DNA from: Acidimicrobiia bacterium | Lineage (GTDB): Bacteria > Actinomycetota > Acidimicrobiia > IMCC26256 > PALSA-555 | Reading direction: 5' to 3' | DNA: 64,000 nt | NCBI GenBank assembly: GCA_009694435.1 | Contig: SHUY01000001.1 | Span: 345 to 64,344 of the forward strand | Shown here: positions 46,271 through 55,450 of the stretch, one piece after another | How the letters are laid out: each line of letters opens with the position of its first letter | Numbering within the stretch: the first letter of the stretch is position 1 | Notes under the pieces: generated by a model | The model's database searches: none | What the model was told of the DNA's origin: nothing | The model's input: only the letters and a program-made list of their open reading frames with translations | Made by a program: the position numbers and the translations under genes

Positions 46271-47350
46271 ATGCGCGCTGCTGTATTCACTGAACTCGAT
46301 GGCCCCCTAAGCGTTGAAGAAGTAAAGCCTTACGAACCAGGACCGCGTGACGTAGTGGTACGTATTATTGCTAGTGGGATTTGTCACTCCGATCTTTCGG
46401 TCATGAACGGAACCTTGCCTATGCCCCCACCAGGAATTCTTGGTCACGAAGGCGCGGGCGTAGTCGAGTGGGTCGGAGAAGGCGTTACTCGTATGAGCGT
46501 GGGCGATCGAGTCATCGGATCATTTATCCCCGTCTGTGGAACTTGTTGGTACTGCAAAAACAATCAGTCCAACTTGTGTGAACAAACATTTATGGTTTCT
46601 GTACCTCACGCCGATCGGGCGGACGGTACTCCCCTTCCCGCTATGACTGGTCTCGGAACATTTGCCGAACAAATGACCTGTCACGAAATGTCGCTAGTCA
46701 AAGTTGAGACTGATCTTCCGGACGAGCAGTTGGCTCTAATTGGCTGCGGTGTCACCACCGGAGTAGGAGCAGCGCTCAATACTGCTCAAGTAGAGCCTGG
46801 ATCGATTGTCGTAGTTATCGGCTGTGGCGGAGTGGGGCAAGCGGTTATCCAGGGTGCCCGCATCGCGGGGGCATCACGCATTTTGGCGGTCGACCCCGTT
46901 GCGCTCAAGCGCGATACCGCGATGAAACTGGGGGCCACCGAAACTATTAACCCTGATGATGGCGATGTTGCCACCCAAGTGATCATGGCTACTGGTGGCC
47001 GAGGCGCCGACTACGTTTTTGAAGTAATAGGAAACGTTGATCTAATCCTGCAAGCGTTTATGTGTACTCGTCCGGGTGGAACCACCGTTGCCGTAGGAGT
47101 GCCTCGCACTGACACTATGGTTTCGATTCCAAGTTTTCCGTTGGTTTTACAAGAGAAAAAATTGATTGGCTGCGTTTACGGGTCGGCCAAGGTTCTGCGC
47201 GATTTCCCTCGCCTTATCGGGTTAGTCGAATCAGGAAAACTTGACCTCAGCGATATGATCACTAAAACTATTGTCCTTGACGATATCAACGAAGGGTTTC
47301 GAGCCATGAAAGACGGCGAAGTGATCCGCAGCGTTATCGTTAATAGCTAA
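46271..47350 (+). CDS. zinc-dependent alcohol dehydrogenase (MDR family, class III-like)
   Basis: 359 aa with GICHSDL, GHEGAGVVEWVG, the structural-zinc Cys cluster CGTCWYCKNNQSNLC, and GCGGVG. RBS AGGAGA. Confidence 0.9.
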   Translation: MRAAVFTELDGPLSVEEVKPYEPGPRDVVVRIIASGICHSDLSVMNGTLPMPPPGILGHEGAGVVEWVGEGVTRMSVGDRVIGSFIPVCGTCWYCKNNQSNLCEQTFMVSVPHADRADGTPLPAMTGLGTFAEQMTCHEMSLVKVETDLPDEQLALIGCGVTTGVGAALNTAQVEPGSIVVVIGCGGVGQAVIQGARIAGASRILAVDPVALKRDTAMKLGATETINPDDGDVATQVIMATGGRGADYVFEVIGNVDLILQAFMCTRPGGTTVAVGVPRTDTMVSIPSFPLVLQEKKLIGCVYGSAKVLRDFPRLIGLVESGKLDLSDMITKTIVLDDINEGFRAMKDGEVIRSVIVNS

Positions 47351-47374
47351 TCAGTTTTCAGACTAAGCGCCATC

Positions 47375-47779
47375 TCATATCGGCCCCGCGGCAACGATCA
47401 TCGCGGCCATTGCCGCGAGTAAACCATTACGAAGCAGTGCTTGTGGACCTACTGGTTTATCGCTTGATAACGAACCAAAACAATTGCAGCCGCCACCTTG
47501 GCCGCGCGTAATCGTGAACACCAACAAAGCCGAAAAAGCGATCAGCATAAACAATGCTGCCAGCGCAGCAAAAAATGCGGTTGCATTGACTAACAACAAG
47601 ACTCCTAGCACCACTTCACAAGGTGGTATCACAAAGGCGACCGCGGAGACTAACGAAGCAGGAACTCCCATGTTGGGAAGAGCAGAGGCGAAATGCTTGC
47701 GGGTGACAATCTTAGTGGCGCCGGCGCTTATGAATGTGGCCGATAAAATGATTCGTAAAATAATTGTGAATGCGCTCAC
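47375..47779 (-). CDS. MauE/DoxX-family membrane protein
   Basis: 134 aa with four hydrophobic helices and a GGGCNCFG motif. There is a 4-nt overlap with the upstream ATPase gene. Confidence 0.65.
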   Translation of the reverse strand: MSAFTIILRIILSATFISAGATKIVTRKHFASALPNMGVPASLVSAVAFVIPPCEVVLGVLLLVNATAFFAALAALFMLIAFSALLVFTITRGQGGGCNCFGSLSSDKPVGPQALLRNGLLAAMAAMIVAAGPI

Positions 47780-48513
47780 AATTCGTTTTCACCCAAATAG
47801 CTAACTTCGAGCCGATCAGGCTGAGCCAAGAGATCTTTAGCAACCCCTTCAAGCACACAATCGCCGTGACGCAGTACGTACCCTCGGTCGGCATATTCGA
47901 GAGCAAGTTGGACGTGTTGTTCAACCAAAATCACCGCAGTACCAGAATCGGCGATAAGGCGAATCATGGGGAGCAACTGCTCAACCACAATGGGGGCCAA
48001 ACCTAAACTCATTTCGTCGACTAAAAGCACTCGAGGATTAGTCGATAAAGCTCGGGCCAAAGCCAACATTTGTTGTTCGCCCCCTGACAGTAATCCTGCG
48101 GGGCGGGTGCCTAAATCGCGTAATACTGGAAATAGGTCCAAAGGATCTATAACTGATGAAGGATCTTGACTGCTTTTGTTAAACCTCCACCATGATTTTT
48201 TACGACTCAAGCGAAGATTTTCGTTAACCGTTAAGTCATAAAAAAGACCACGGTCTTCGGGGACAAAAGCCAAGCCTGATCGCGCAACTGCCTGTGGACG
48301 ATTAGGGCGTACGGTGTTTCCCAGAATCGTGATCGTTCCACTTAACGGGGCTAACAGTCCGGCTAAGGCGAACAGCGTCGTGGTCTTGCCGGCTCCATTA
48401 GGGCCCAATAAAGCGACCACTTCTCCTTCGTCAACGTACAGGTCGAGATTGCGCACCACCGCGATACCGTCGTAACCCACGGTCAATCCCTTAATTTCAA
48501 CTGCGTGCGTCAT
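47776..48513 (-). CDS. ABC ATP-binding protein (LivF-like)
   Basis: Walker A GPNGAGKTT, LSGGEQQ and LLVDEMSLGLAP. Confidence 0.9.
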   Translation of the reverse strand: MTHAVEIKGLTVGYDGIAVVRNLDLYVDEGEVVALLGPNGAGKTTTLFALAGLLAPLSGTITILGNTVRPNRPQAVARSGLAFVPEDRGLFYDLTVNENLRLSRKKSWWRFNKSSQDPSSVIDPLDLFPVLRDLGTRPAGLLSGGEQQMLALARALSTNPRVLLVDEMSLGLAPIVVEQLLPMIRLIADSGTAVILVEQHVQLALEYADRGYVLRHGDCVLEGVAKDLLAQPDRLEVSYLGENEL

Positions 48514-49298
48514 ACTTCTCGCTTAGGATTTGCCCCACTGTGACCCAGATAAGCGGCGATTACCTGGGGGTCGGAACGCACTTGGTTGGGCGGCCCACTT
48601 GCGATGATGCGACCAAATTCTAAAACGTAAAGGTCATCGCACACCTCTAATACCAAGCTCATATCATGATCAACTAATAACACCGTGAGACCATCATCGA
48701 CCAAATTCCGCAATGACTTTCCGAATTCGATTGACTCACTGCTATCTAATCCGGAGGCAGGCTCGTCAAGGAGAACAAGTTTTGGCTGAGCGACTAAAGC
48801 CCGCGCCACTGCGACTAATTTGCGTTGGCCCTGCGATAGATCCTTGGGCAAACGGTTAGCCAAATCTTGAATGCCGAGATTAACCAAAACCTCATCGATG
48901 ATGGGTGCGGCCACTGTTCTTTGAGGAGTAACCGCATCGATTAGAGACTTGACGATTCCTCGTCCTCGCAAACCAACGACCAGGTTTTGCCTAACGTCAA
49001 GGTCTTCAAATAATTCGAGTGATTGAAAGGTGCGCACCAAGCCTTTGCGGGCACGCTCGTGCGCCGGCAGATGGTCAATACGCTCACCCGCGAATCGGAT
49101 TGAACCCTGGGCCGAGACAAAACCAGTTAAAGCATCAATGGCGGTTGTCTTTCCCGCTCCGTTAGGGCCGATCAGGCCTACAAGTCGACCAGGAGAAACT
49201 GAAAGTGAGACATCATCGAGGGCCCGCAATCCACCAAAGTTGACCGTGAGATCACTGACCTCTAATAACACCCAACCCCCCCCCATCTCAGTCATCAC
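48510..49298 (-). CDS. ABC ATP-binding protein (LivG-like)
   Basis: Walker A GPNGAGKTT, LSQGQRK and VLLDEPASGL. The start is ambiguous among GTG 49298, ATG 49295 and ATG 49286. Confidence 0.9.
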   Translation of the reverse strand: MMTEMGGGWVLLEVSDLTVNFGGLRALDDVSLSVSPGRLVGLIGPNGAGKTTAIDALTGFVSAQGSIRFAGERIDHLPAHERARKGLVRTFQSLELFEDLDVRQNLVVGLRGRGIVKSLIDAVTPQRTVAAPIIDEVLVNLGIQDLANRLPKDLSQGQRKLVAVARALVAQPKLVLLDEPASGLDSSESIEFGKSLRNLVDDGLTVLLVDHDMSLVLEVCDDLYVLEFGRIIASGPPNQVRSDPQVIAAYLGHSGANPKREV

Positions 49299-49302
49299 CC
49301 CG

Positions 49303-49323
49303 CTTCTACCCGGTGGGTAGAAG
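49303..49323. promoter_or_regulatory. perfect 9-bp inverted repeat CTTCTACCC-GGT-GGGTAGAAG in a divergent promoter region
   Basis: Read directly from the sequence. It lies 5 nt from the LivG-like start region and about 90 nt upstream of the SBP gene. Confidence 0.5.
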
Positions 49324-49411
49324 GCATCGAGTCTCCGAAGCAGTTACTGTAGCGGTGTCGTTAGTAAACGGGTAGTAAGTCGGATAAAGATCGTCTCAGC
49401 ATGGGGGGGAA

Positions 49412-50731
49412 ATGAAATCAAAGTGGTGTCAACTCGCAGTTTTCTCAGTTGTTGGCTGCGTGGCGCTGGGCACAACTTTTACTAGCGCATTAGCCAAGAC
49501 CCAATCGACAAAAAATTCTAAACCAATTGTGGCTAAATATTGTAAAGAGGAGACTTCGCTCGGATCGCTACTTAGTTGCACGGCGAAAAAAGCTGCCGGT
49601 GAACCGGTAAAGATCGGAATGATAAATACTGAAACCGCGCCAATTGGTGCTTTCCCTGAACTCACTGCGGCGACCGAAACTGCGGTGCGGTGGATTAACG
49701 CCGAACTAGGCGGAGTAGGTGGCCGTCCGATAGAACTCATCACCTGCGATACCAAGTTTTCTCCGGAAGGGTCCCAGAGTTGTTCACAAAAAATGGTTGA
49801 TGCCAAGGTATCGGCAGTAGCCGGAGGAATAGACATTTACGCTGATACTGGGCTAAAAATTCTCGAAGACAATGTCATCCCTTACGTTGGTGGGATACCG
49901 GCAGCTTTTGGACAAGTTAAAAGTCCAATATCTTTTCAATTCAGCGGTGGCACCTGGGGAGCAGGGGTGGCATTTGCCGACTACGCAGTAAAAACTCTTA
50001 AGGCAAAAAATATCGGAATTATGTACGCGGACTTCGGCTCAATTAAAAATGCTGCTATTGAATACAGCGCGAACATCGCGAAAAAATTAGGGGCTAAAAA
50101 CATAGAAACTGTTCCGTTTGCTATTACTGCTACCGACTTCTTAGCCCCTCTAACGGCAGCCAACTCAGGTAACCCGGACGCAATATTCGTCTTTGCTGCC
50201 GATACCGCTTGCGTACCCGTGATGCGGGCGTCGCAAGAGTTAGGGATAAAAGCCAAAATGTTGCTGGTGGGAGCCTGTGCGACCCCTAAAAGTACAACCG
50301 AGGCGGGAGTGGGGTCGGAAGGAAAACTATTTAACATTGAAGGACCAATAAGTGGCGGGGACGACCCTGACACCGTCATGTACACATCTGTCGTCAATAA
50401 ATATGGACAAGGGCTTGATCCGATCGGGGCAGGGACAGTTTCATTTCGAGCCATGATGAACCTGTGGGTAGTTATGTCGAATTTGAAAGAAAAAGGGACT
50501 GAACCTCAAGCCATCATTGATGCGTTTCGGGCTTCGAAAGATTCGCCCAGCTTCATGGGGCACCCTTATACCTGCGACGGAAAACAAATCCCAGAATTTC
50601 CGGCGTTGTGTTCGCCTCAAGAGATAATGGTGCGCTACGCCAATAAAAAGTTAGTTCAGGCGAGTAAAGGGACTCCGAGCAATCCTTACGGATGGATTGA
50701 CGTGCCCGCAATTTTGAAAAAAGTCTCGTAG
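49412..50731 (+). CDS. ABC substrate-binding protein (Liv/type-1 periplasmic binding fold)
   Basis: 439 aa with a signal peptide (MKSKWCQLAVFSVVGCVALGTTFTSALA). RBS GGGGGGG. Confidence 0.85.
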   Translation: MKSKWCQLAVFSVVGCVALGTTFTSALAKTQSTKNSKPIVAKYCKEETSLGSLLSCTAKKAAGEPVKIGMINTETAPIGAFPELTAATETAVRWINAELGGVGGRPIELITCDTKFSPEGSQSCSQKMVDAKVSAVAGGIDIYADTGLKILEDNVIPYVGGIPAAFGQVKSPISFQFSGGTWGAGVAFADYAVKTLKAKNIGIMYADFGSIKNAAIEYSANIAKKLGAKNIETVPFAITATDFLAPLTAANSGNPDAIFVFAADTACVPVMRASQELGIKAKMLLVGACATPKSTTEAGVGSEGKLFNIEGPISGGDDPDTVMYTSVVNKYGQGLDPIGAGTVSFRAMMNLWVVMSNLKEKGTEPQAIIDAFRASKDSPSFMGHPYTCDGKQIPEFPALCSPQEIMVRYANKKLVQASKGTPSNPYGWIDVPAILKKVS

Positions 50732-50752
50732 CATAAGTACTCCCGATCTACC

Positions 50753-52735
50753 GTGACTGAATATCTACGGTTTGCCATCCTGGGATTAGGGGGTGGAGCA
50801 GTTATTGCTGCGCTCGCATTGGGAGTTGTCTTGGAGCATCGAGCCTCAGGGGTAGTCAACTTTGCTCACGCAGCAATGGGCATGTATATCGCTTTTGTCT
50901 ATTTCGAATTTCAGCAAAGCGGAGATCTTGTTCTCCCCTTTTTGGGCTTACCTGCTCGAATTCACTTGAGCGACCACCCTTCCACGATGACCGCGATAGC
51001 CGTGGCCTTTATCATCGCGGTGGTTGTCGGCCTTTTGGTCTTTGGCCTCATTTTCCGACCATTACGCAATTCTCCCCCCCTCGCGCGCGTAGTGGCGTCT
51101 CTTGGACTGCTCCTCTACCTACAAGAAATCGTTCGCTTGCGTTTCGACCAAGGATCGGCAGTCCTTTCGCTGACTTCGCTTCTGCCCAGCCAAGGAGTCG
51201 AAATACTCGGAACCATAATTCCCGTAGATCGGCTTTGGTTGACCGCAATAGTTTTGTTATTAACGATTAGCCTTATCGCTATTTACCGGTACACCAAATT
51301 TGGCTTAGTAACCCGAGCCGCAGCCGAGAACGAACGGTCGGCGCTCTTGCTTGGCCTTCACACTGACTACGTTGGAGCTCTTAACTGGGTCGGCGCTTCC
51401 GTTTTGGCCGGAGGAGCAATAATCCTGTCCGCGCCAATAAGCGGTCTGAGCCCGATAAACGCCTCATTGCTCATCGTCCCCGCATTAGCCGCGGCTTTGG
51501 CGGGCGGTTTTCGCTCTTTCGGTATCACGGCTGCTGCCGGTATCGCAATCGGGATGTTGCAGTCAGTGACTTTGAAGTTAGTAGTAGACACTCAGCCACC
51601 GAGTTGGCTTTCGGGTGCTGGCCTCCAACAAGCCATCCCATTTTTGATAATTATTGGAATTATTACTCTGCGGGGGCCATCACTTCCGGGACGCGGATTA
51701 AACTTGACTGCCCGATTTCCCTCCTCGCCTATCCCTAAAAATGTTTTCGTAACCACCACAGTGGGATTTATGCTTATTAGTGTTGGTCTTTTAACCCTTA
51801 GTTCACAATGGCGGCAAGGAATCATTACCTCAACCATCGCGGCCGTCGTATGTCTTTCAATCGTCGTCCTGACCGGCTACGTAGGTCAAATATCACTTGC
51901 CCCCATGGCTTTTGCCGGAGTCGCAGGTTTTGCGGTAGCAAAGTTGCAAGGTGAGCTCGGAGTACCATTCCCCCTAGCCCCGATACTCGCAGTTGGTCTA
52001 GCGGTAATGATTGGACTTGTCGCAGGGATCCCTTCAGTGCGAGTACGCGGACTCAATCTAGCCATCGTCACTCTTGCCGCCGCGATGGCAATTCAAGAGT
52101 TGATCTTTCGTTCGACCGCATTTGTAGGCAGCACCGGTGCCACCGAAGTTCCCAATCCAGAATTTTTAGGAATCAACTTTGGTATTTCCGCTATCGGCGC
52201 AGAAAACTTTCGGGCGACTTTTGGGATAATGGCCCTAGTGACTCTTGTCGTGACGGGAGTGGCGGTAGCCAATCTTCGTCGCAGCGCTACCGGTATTCGC
52301 TGGCTGGCGGTACGAGCCAACGAGCGAGCGGCGGCGGCGGCGGGAGTAAACGTGGCTCGCACCAAACTGGGCGCATTTGCGTTTTCGTCTGCCCTCGCCG
52401 GAATGGGTGGAGTGTTGCTCGCTTACCGCTATCAAGCCCTTTCGGTGGAGAGTTTCACCGTGTTTGCTTCACTATCACTAATCGCCCTTACCTACCTCGG
52501 AGGGATAGCCAGCATCACCGGGGCTCTGTTCGCGGGGCTCTTGATACCTGGAGGGATATTGACTTCATTGCTCGACCAGGGCGGGTCGGGGTCGCAATAC
52601 CAACTAGCCATAAGCGGGCTGGCCCTGATATTGGTAGCGGTGCTTTATCCCGAGGGGATTGGTGGAGCAATACGCAAAATTACGGCAACCCGTAAGGCCG
52701 CCAGACCAGTAGAACAACTAGCCCATTCCCACTAA
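50753..52735 (+). CDS. fused LivH-like + LivM-like ABC permease
   Basis: 660 aa. The N-terminal LivH-like half is followed by a LivM-like half (TGYVGQISLAPMAFAGVAGF). GTG start. Confidence 0.85.
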   Translation: MTEYLRFAILGLGGGAVIAALALGVVLEHRASGVVNFAHAAMGMYIAFVYFEFQQSGDLVLPFLGLPARIHLSDHPSTMTAIAVAFIIAVVVGLLVFGLIFRPLRNSPPLARVVASLGLLLYLQEIVRLRFDQGSAVLSLTSLLPSQGVEILGTIIPVDRLWLTAIVLLLTISLIAIYRYTKFGLVTRAAAENERSALLLGLHTDYVGALNWVGASVLAGGAIILSAPISGLSPINASLLIVPALAAALAGGFRSFGITAAAGIAIGMLQSVTLKLVVDTQPPSWLSGAGLQQAIPFLIIIGIITLRGPSLPGRGLNLTARFPSSPIPKNVFVTTTVGFMLISVGLLTLSSQWRQGIITSTIAAVVCLSIVVLTGYVGQISLAPMAFAGVAGFAVAKLQGELGVPFPLAPILAVGLAVMIGLVAGIPSVRVRGLNLAIVTLAAAMAIQELIFRSTAFVGSTGATEVPNPEFLGINFGISAIGAENFRATFGIMALVTLVVTGVAVANLRRSATGIRWLAVRANERAAAAAGVNVARTKLGAFAFSSALAGMGGVLLAYRYQALSVESFTVFASLSLIALTYLGGIASITGALFAGLLIPGGILTSLLDQGGSGSQYQLAISGLALILVAVLYPEGIGGAIRKITATRKAARPVEQLAHSH

Positions 52736-52783
52736 TATTGAGCCCATCGTCCTAGAGTCGTATTTAATGAGTAGGAGCAACCT

Positions 52784-54169
52784 ATGACCCAGGTAGCCAA
52801 CCGTCGGTCCGATCCTTTCCTGTCGGGCGACTACGCCCCCGTGGCGGACGAATTTTCTAATGAAGAGGTCGCGGTCATCGGTGAAATACCCAAGGGCCTA
52901 AACGGAACATTTTTACGAACGGGACCTAACGCTCAGTTTGAACCGCTTGGTCGTTACCACGTGTTCGATGGCGACGGAATGTTGCACGCTTTCACTATCG
53001 AAGACGGTAAAGCCACTTACTCCAACAAGTGGATCGTCTCCGCGGCTCTTGAATCGGAGAGGCGAGCTGGTCACGCACTATTTGGCGGAATGGCGAATTT
53101 CGTTATTCCTTCGCCCGAAGAACGAGGAGACGCCGGAATAATTAAAAACACCGGGAACACCAACGTAGTTCACCACGCGGGTCGTACTTTTGCGCTTATG
53201 GAAGCGTGCCCCCCGACCCTCATTGGTCCCGACCTCACCACACTAGGTGAATTCGATTTCGATGGGCGCCTAAAAGGTCCGTTTACCGCTCACCCTAAAC
53301 TCGATCCCGAGACTGGAGAAATGCTTTTCTTTGGCTACTCACCCATACCGCCGTATTTGCGGTATCACGCAGTCGACGCGGGAGGCACCCTTACCCGCAC
53401 CGTGGATATCGAACTACCCGAACCAGTAATGATCCACGACTTTGTCACTACTCGCGATCACGTAATTTTCTTTGACTCACCCGCAGTCTTTTCGATTAAA
53501 TCGTTGATGGCGGGCGGACCTATGGTCTCATGGAAGCCAGAAAATGGGACTCGCATCGGAGTAATGACTCGCAACGGAACTGAGGTTGAGTGGTTCGAAA
53601 CTGATAACTGCTATATCTTTCATTTCGTCAACGGATGGAGCGAGGGTAACAAAATTTTTGTTGATGCCTGTCGATCGCCAATAATGGAACTTGATCTAAA
53701 CAGTGACGAGAGCAGCGACACTTACGGAATTGGTGCGACCTTGGCTCGTTTCACAATTGACCTTGATTCAAAGCGAGTTACTTGGGATCAACTTGACGAT
53801 CGATCGGGAGATTTTCCTCGGATTGCCGATTCTCACGTAGGGATCAAAAATCGCTACGGATACTTGGCAGGTTTTCGCGAGCAGCGCGGTCACCTGTTTG
53901 ATTTTGACCGAGTGATCAAATACGACCTTGAGACCGGAACGGCCAACGAATACAAATCTGACGGTGTGGTTGGTGAGCCAATATTCGCCGCCGACCCCAA
54001 CGGTAAAAGTGAAGACGATGGCTGGGTAGTGACTCACAGCCGAGCTAACGGAGTGAGCGAGATGCTGGTGCTTGATGCTCACGACCTGAGCGCCGGGCCA
54101 GTAGCGCGATTGGTGGCGCCGCGGCGCATACCTTACGGATTCCACGGTGCGTGGATAAAAAAACCATAA
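52784..54169 (+). CDS. carotenoid cleavage oxygenase (CCD/RPE65 family)
   Basis: 461 aa with FDGDGMLHAF and the four iron-ligand His contexts TAHPK, MIHDF, IFHFVNG and GFHGAW. RBS AGGAG. Confidence 0.9.
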   Translation: MTQVANRRSDPFLSGDYAPVADEFSNEEVAVIGEIPKGLNGTFLRTGPNAQFEPLGRYHVFDGDGMLHAFTIEDGKATYSNKWIVSAALESERRAGHALFGGMANFVIPSPEERGDAGIIKNTGNTNVVHHAGRTFALMEACPPTLIGPDLTTLGEFDFDGRLKGPFTAHPKLDPETGEMLFFGYSPIPPYLRYHAVDAGGTLTRTVDIELPEPVMIHDFVTTRDHVIFFDSPAVFSIKSLMAGGPMVSWKPENGTRIGVMTRNGTEVEWFETDNCYIFHFVNGWSEGNKIFVDACRSPIMELDLNSDESSDTYGIGATLARFTIDLDSKRVTWDQLDDRSGDFPRIADSHVGIKNRYGYLAGFREQRGHLFDFDRVIKYDLETGTANEYKSDGVVGEPIFAADPNGKSEDDGWVVTHSRANGVSEMLVLDAHDLSAGPVARLVAPRRIPYGFHGAWIKKP

Positions 54170-54187
54170 CTAAAAAAAGGGGATAAT

Positions 54188-54934
54188 GTGGGTAATGCAA
54201 TTAGTGCGTATTCATTGAACGATTTTCAACTGGTCTACAACCTGGTTTCTTTGGCTGTAGCCGCCATGTTGGGGACGTTTGTGTTTTTGATTTTCCAACG
54301 TCGCTCGGTAGCTCCGGCTTACCGAACGGCCATAACGATTTCAATGGTGGTCTTATTTATCGCGGCTTACCATTACTTGCGAATTTTTGATTCGTGGGTC
54401 GAGCAGTTGGACGGAGTTTTGCCGTTCAACGAGGGATACCGTTACGTTGACTGGTTGATAACAGTTCCATTGCTTTTGGCTGAATTGGTTCTGGTTTTGC
54501 GACTCGATAAAGGGAAGACTAAATCGCTCATTACTCGACTAGCGGTCGCGTCGATATTGATGATCGCATTGGGCTATCCCGGCGAGATGTCTCCGAATGG
54601 CTCAACGGCTCGAATCGTGTGGGGAATAGTATCGCTGATTCCCTTCCTGTACATTCTCTACGTTTTGTTTGTAGAGATGACTAAGTCGCTTGACGACCAG
54701 CCCGCAGGGATAAAACCAATAGTTAGCGGCCTGCGCTGGATTATTTTAATAACTTGGTCGTTCTACCCAATTGCTTACTTCATTCCAGTTATTGACGGTG
54801 GAGTAACGGGAGACGTGATTCGCCAAAGCGGATACTCCATTGCGGACATTCTGGCCAAACCGGCGTTCTGCCTTTTGGTGTATTTGATTGCTCGGCGCAA
54901 ATCTGAGGCCGACAACTTTTCCGAAGCGGCCTAA
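54188..54934 (+). CDS. microbial (type 1) rhodopsin, DTE-motif light-driven proton pump type
   Basis: 248 aa with seven hydrophobic helices. Helix C reads RYVDWLITVPLLLAE (D88/T92/E99). The Schiff-base Lys is in SIADILAKP (D220/K224). RBS AAAGGGGA, 18 nt after the oxygenase stop. Confidence 0.9.
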   Translation: MGNAISAYSLNDFQLVYNLVSLAVAAMLGTFVFLIFQRRSVAPAYRTAITISMVVLFIAAYHYLRIFDSWVEQLDGVLPFNEGYRYVDWLITVPLLLAELVLVLRLDKGKTKSLITRLAVASILMIALGYPGEMSPNGSTARIVWGIVSLIPFLYILYVLFVEMTKSLDDQPAGIKPIVSGLRWIILITWSFYPIAYFIPVIDGGVTGDVIRQSGYSIADILAKPAFCLLVYLIARRKSEADNFSEAA

Positions 54935-54954
54935 TACACGAACGTAAATAAAGT

Positions 54955-55001
54955 CCCAGCCCTCGTCCCGAACCCAAGGGATGAGCGGCTGGGTTCTTTA
55001 T
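54955..55001. terminator. intrinsic terminator after the rhodopsin gene
   Basis: A long hairpin CCCAGCCCTCGTCCC...GGGATGAGCGGCTGGG is followed by TTCTTTATT. The opposite strand also carries a T-rich tail. Confidence 0.75.
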
Positions 55002-55020
55002 TGTCACAAAACAGTTAGGT

Positions 55021-55428
55021 GGTGGTGAGTCGGCCTATACGCCGGATTCTGTGTCAACACCGAAGTGCTAACGGTGACCATCCCTCTCGACCGACAGTTA
55101 CCCGCCGGCTCTAGCGGCCTACCCAGGGGTGTCCACGGACGGGCCGCCCTCCCCTTGTCTGACCTTGCTCCTGATGGGGTTTACCTAGCCACTCGAGTCA
55201 CCCCGAATGCTGGTGCGCTCTTACCGCACCTTTTCAACCTTGCCTGTTCAGCCCGCTCGCGAGCGGGAGGACTGCCATCGGCGGTTTATTTTCTGTGGCA
55301 CTTTCCTGCGAGTTCCCCCGACTGGGTGTTACCCAGCATCTTGCCCTTCGGAGTCCGGACGTTCCTCGGATCAAGTCACTCCTAAAAGCGACTCAACGCG
55401 CGGCCACCCAGCCAACTCACCACCACTT
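55021..55428 (-). ncRNA. rnpB: RNase P RNA, bacterial type A
   Basis: The reverse complement contains GAGGAACGUCCGGACUCC (P4 5' strand), GGUGCGGUAAGAGCGCACC, AGUGCCACAGAAA and ACAGAAUCCGGCGUAUAG (P4 3' strand). The termini GGTGGTGAGT and ACTCACCACC pair as P1. Ends are accurate to within a few nt. Confidence 0.93.
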
Positions 55429-55450
55429 CTAGTTTGGCACGCTTCTAAGA

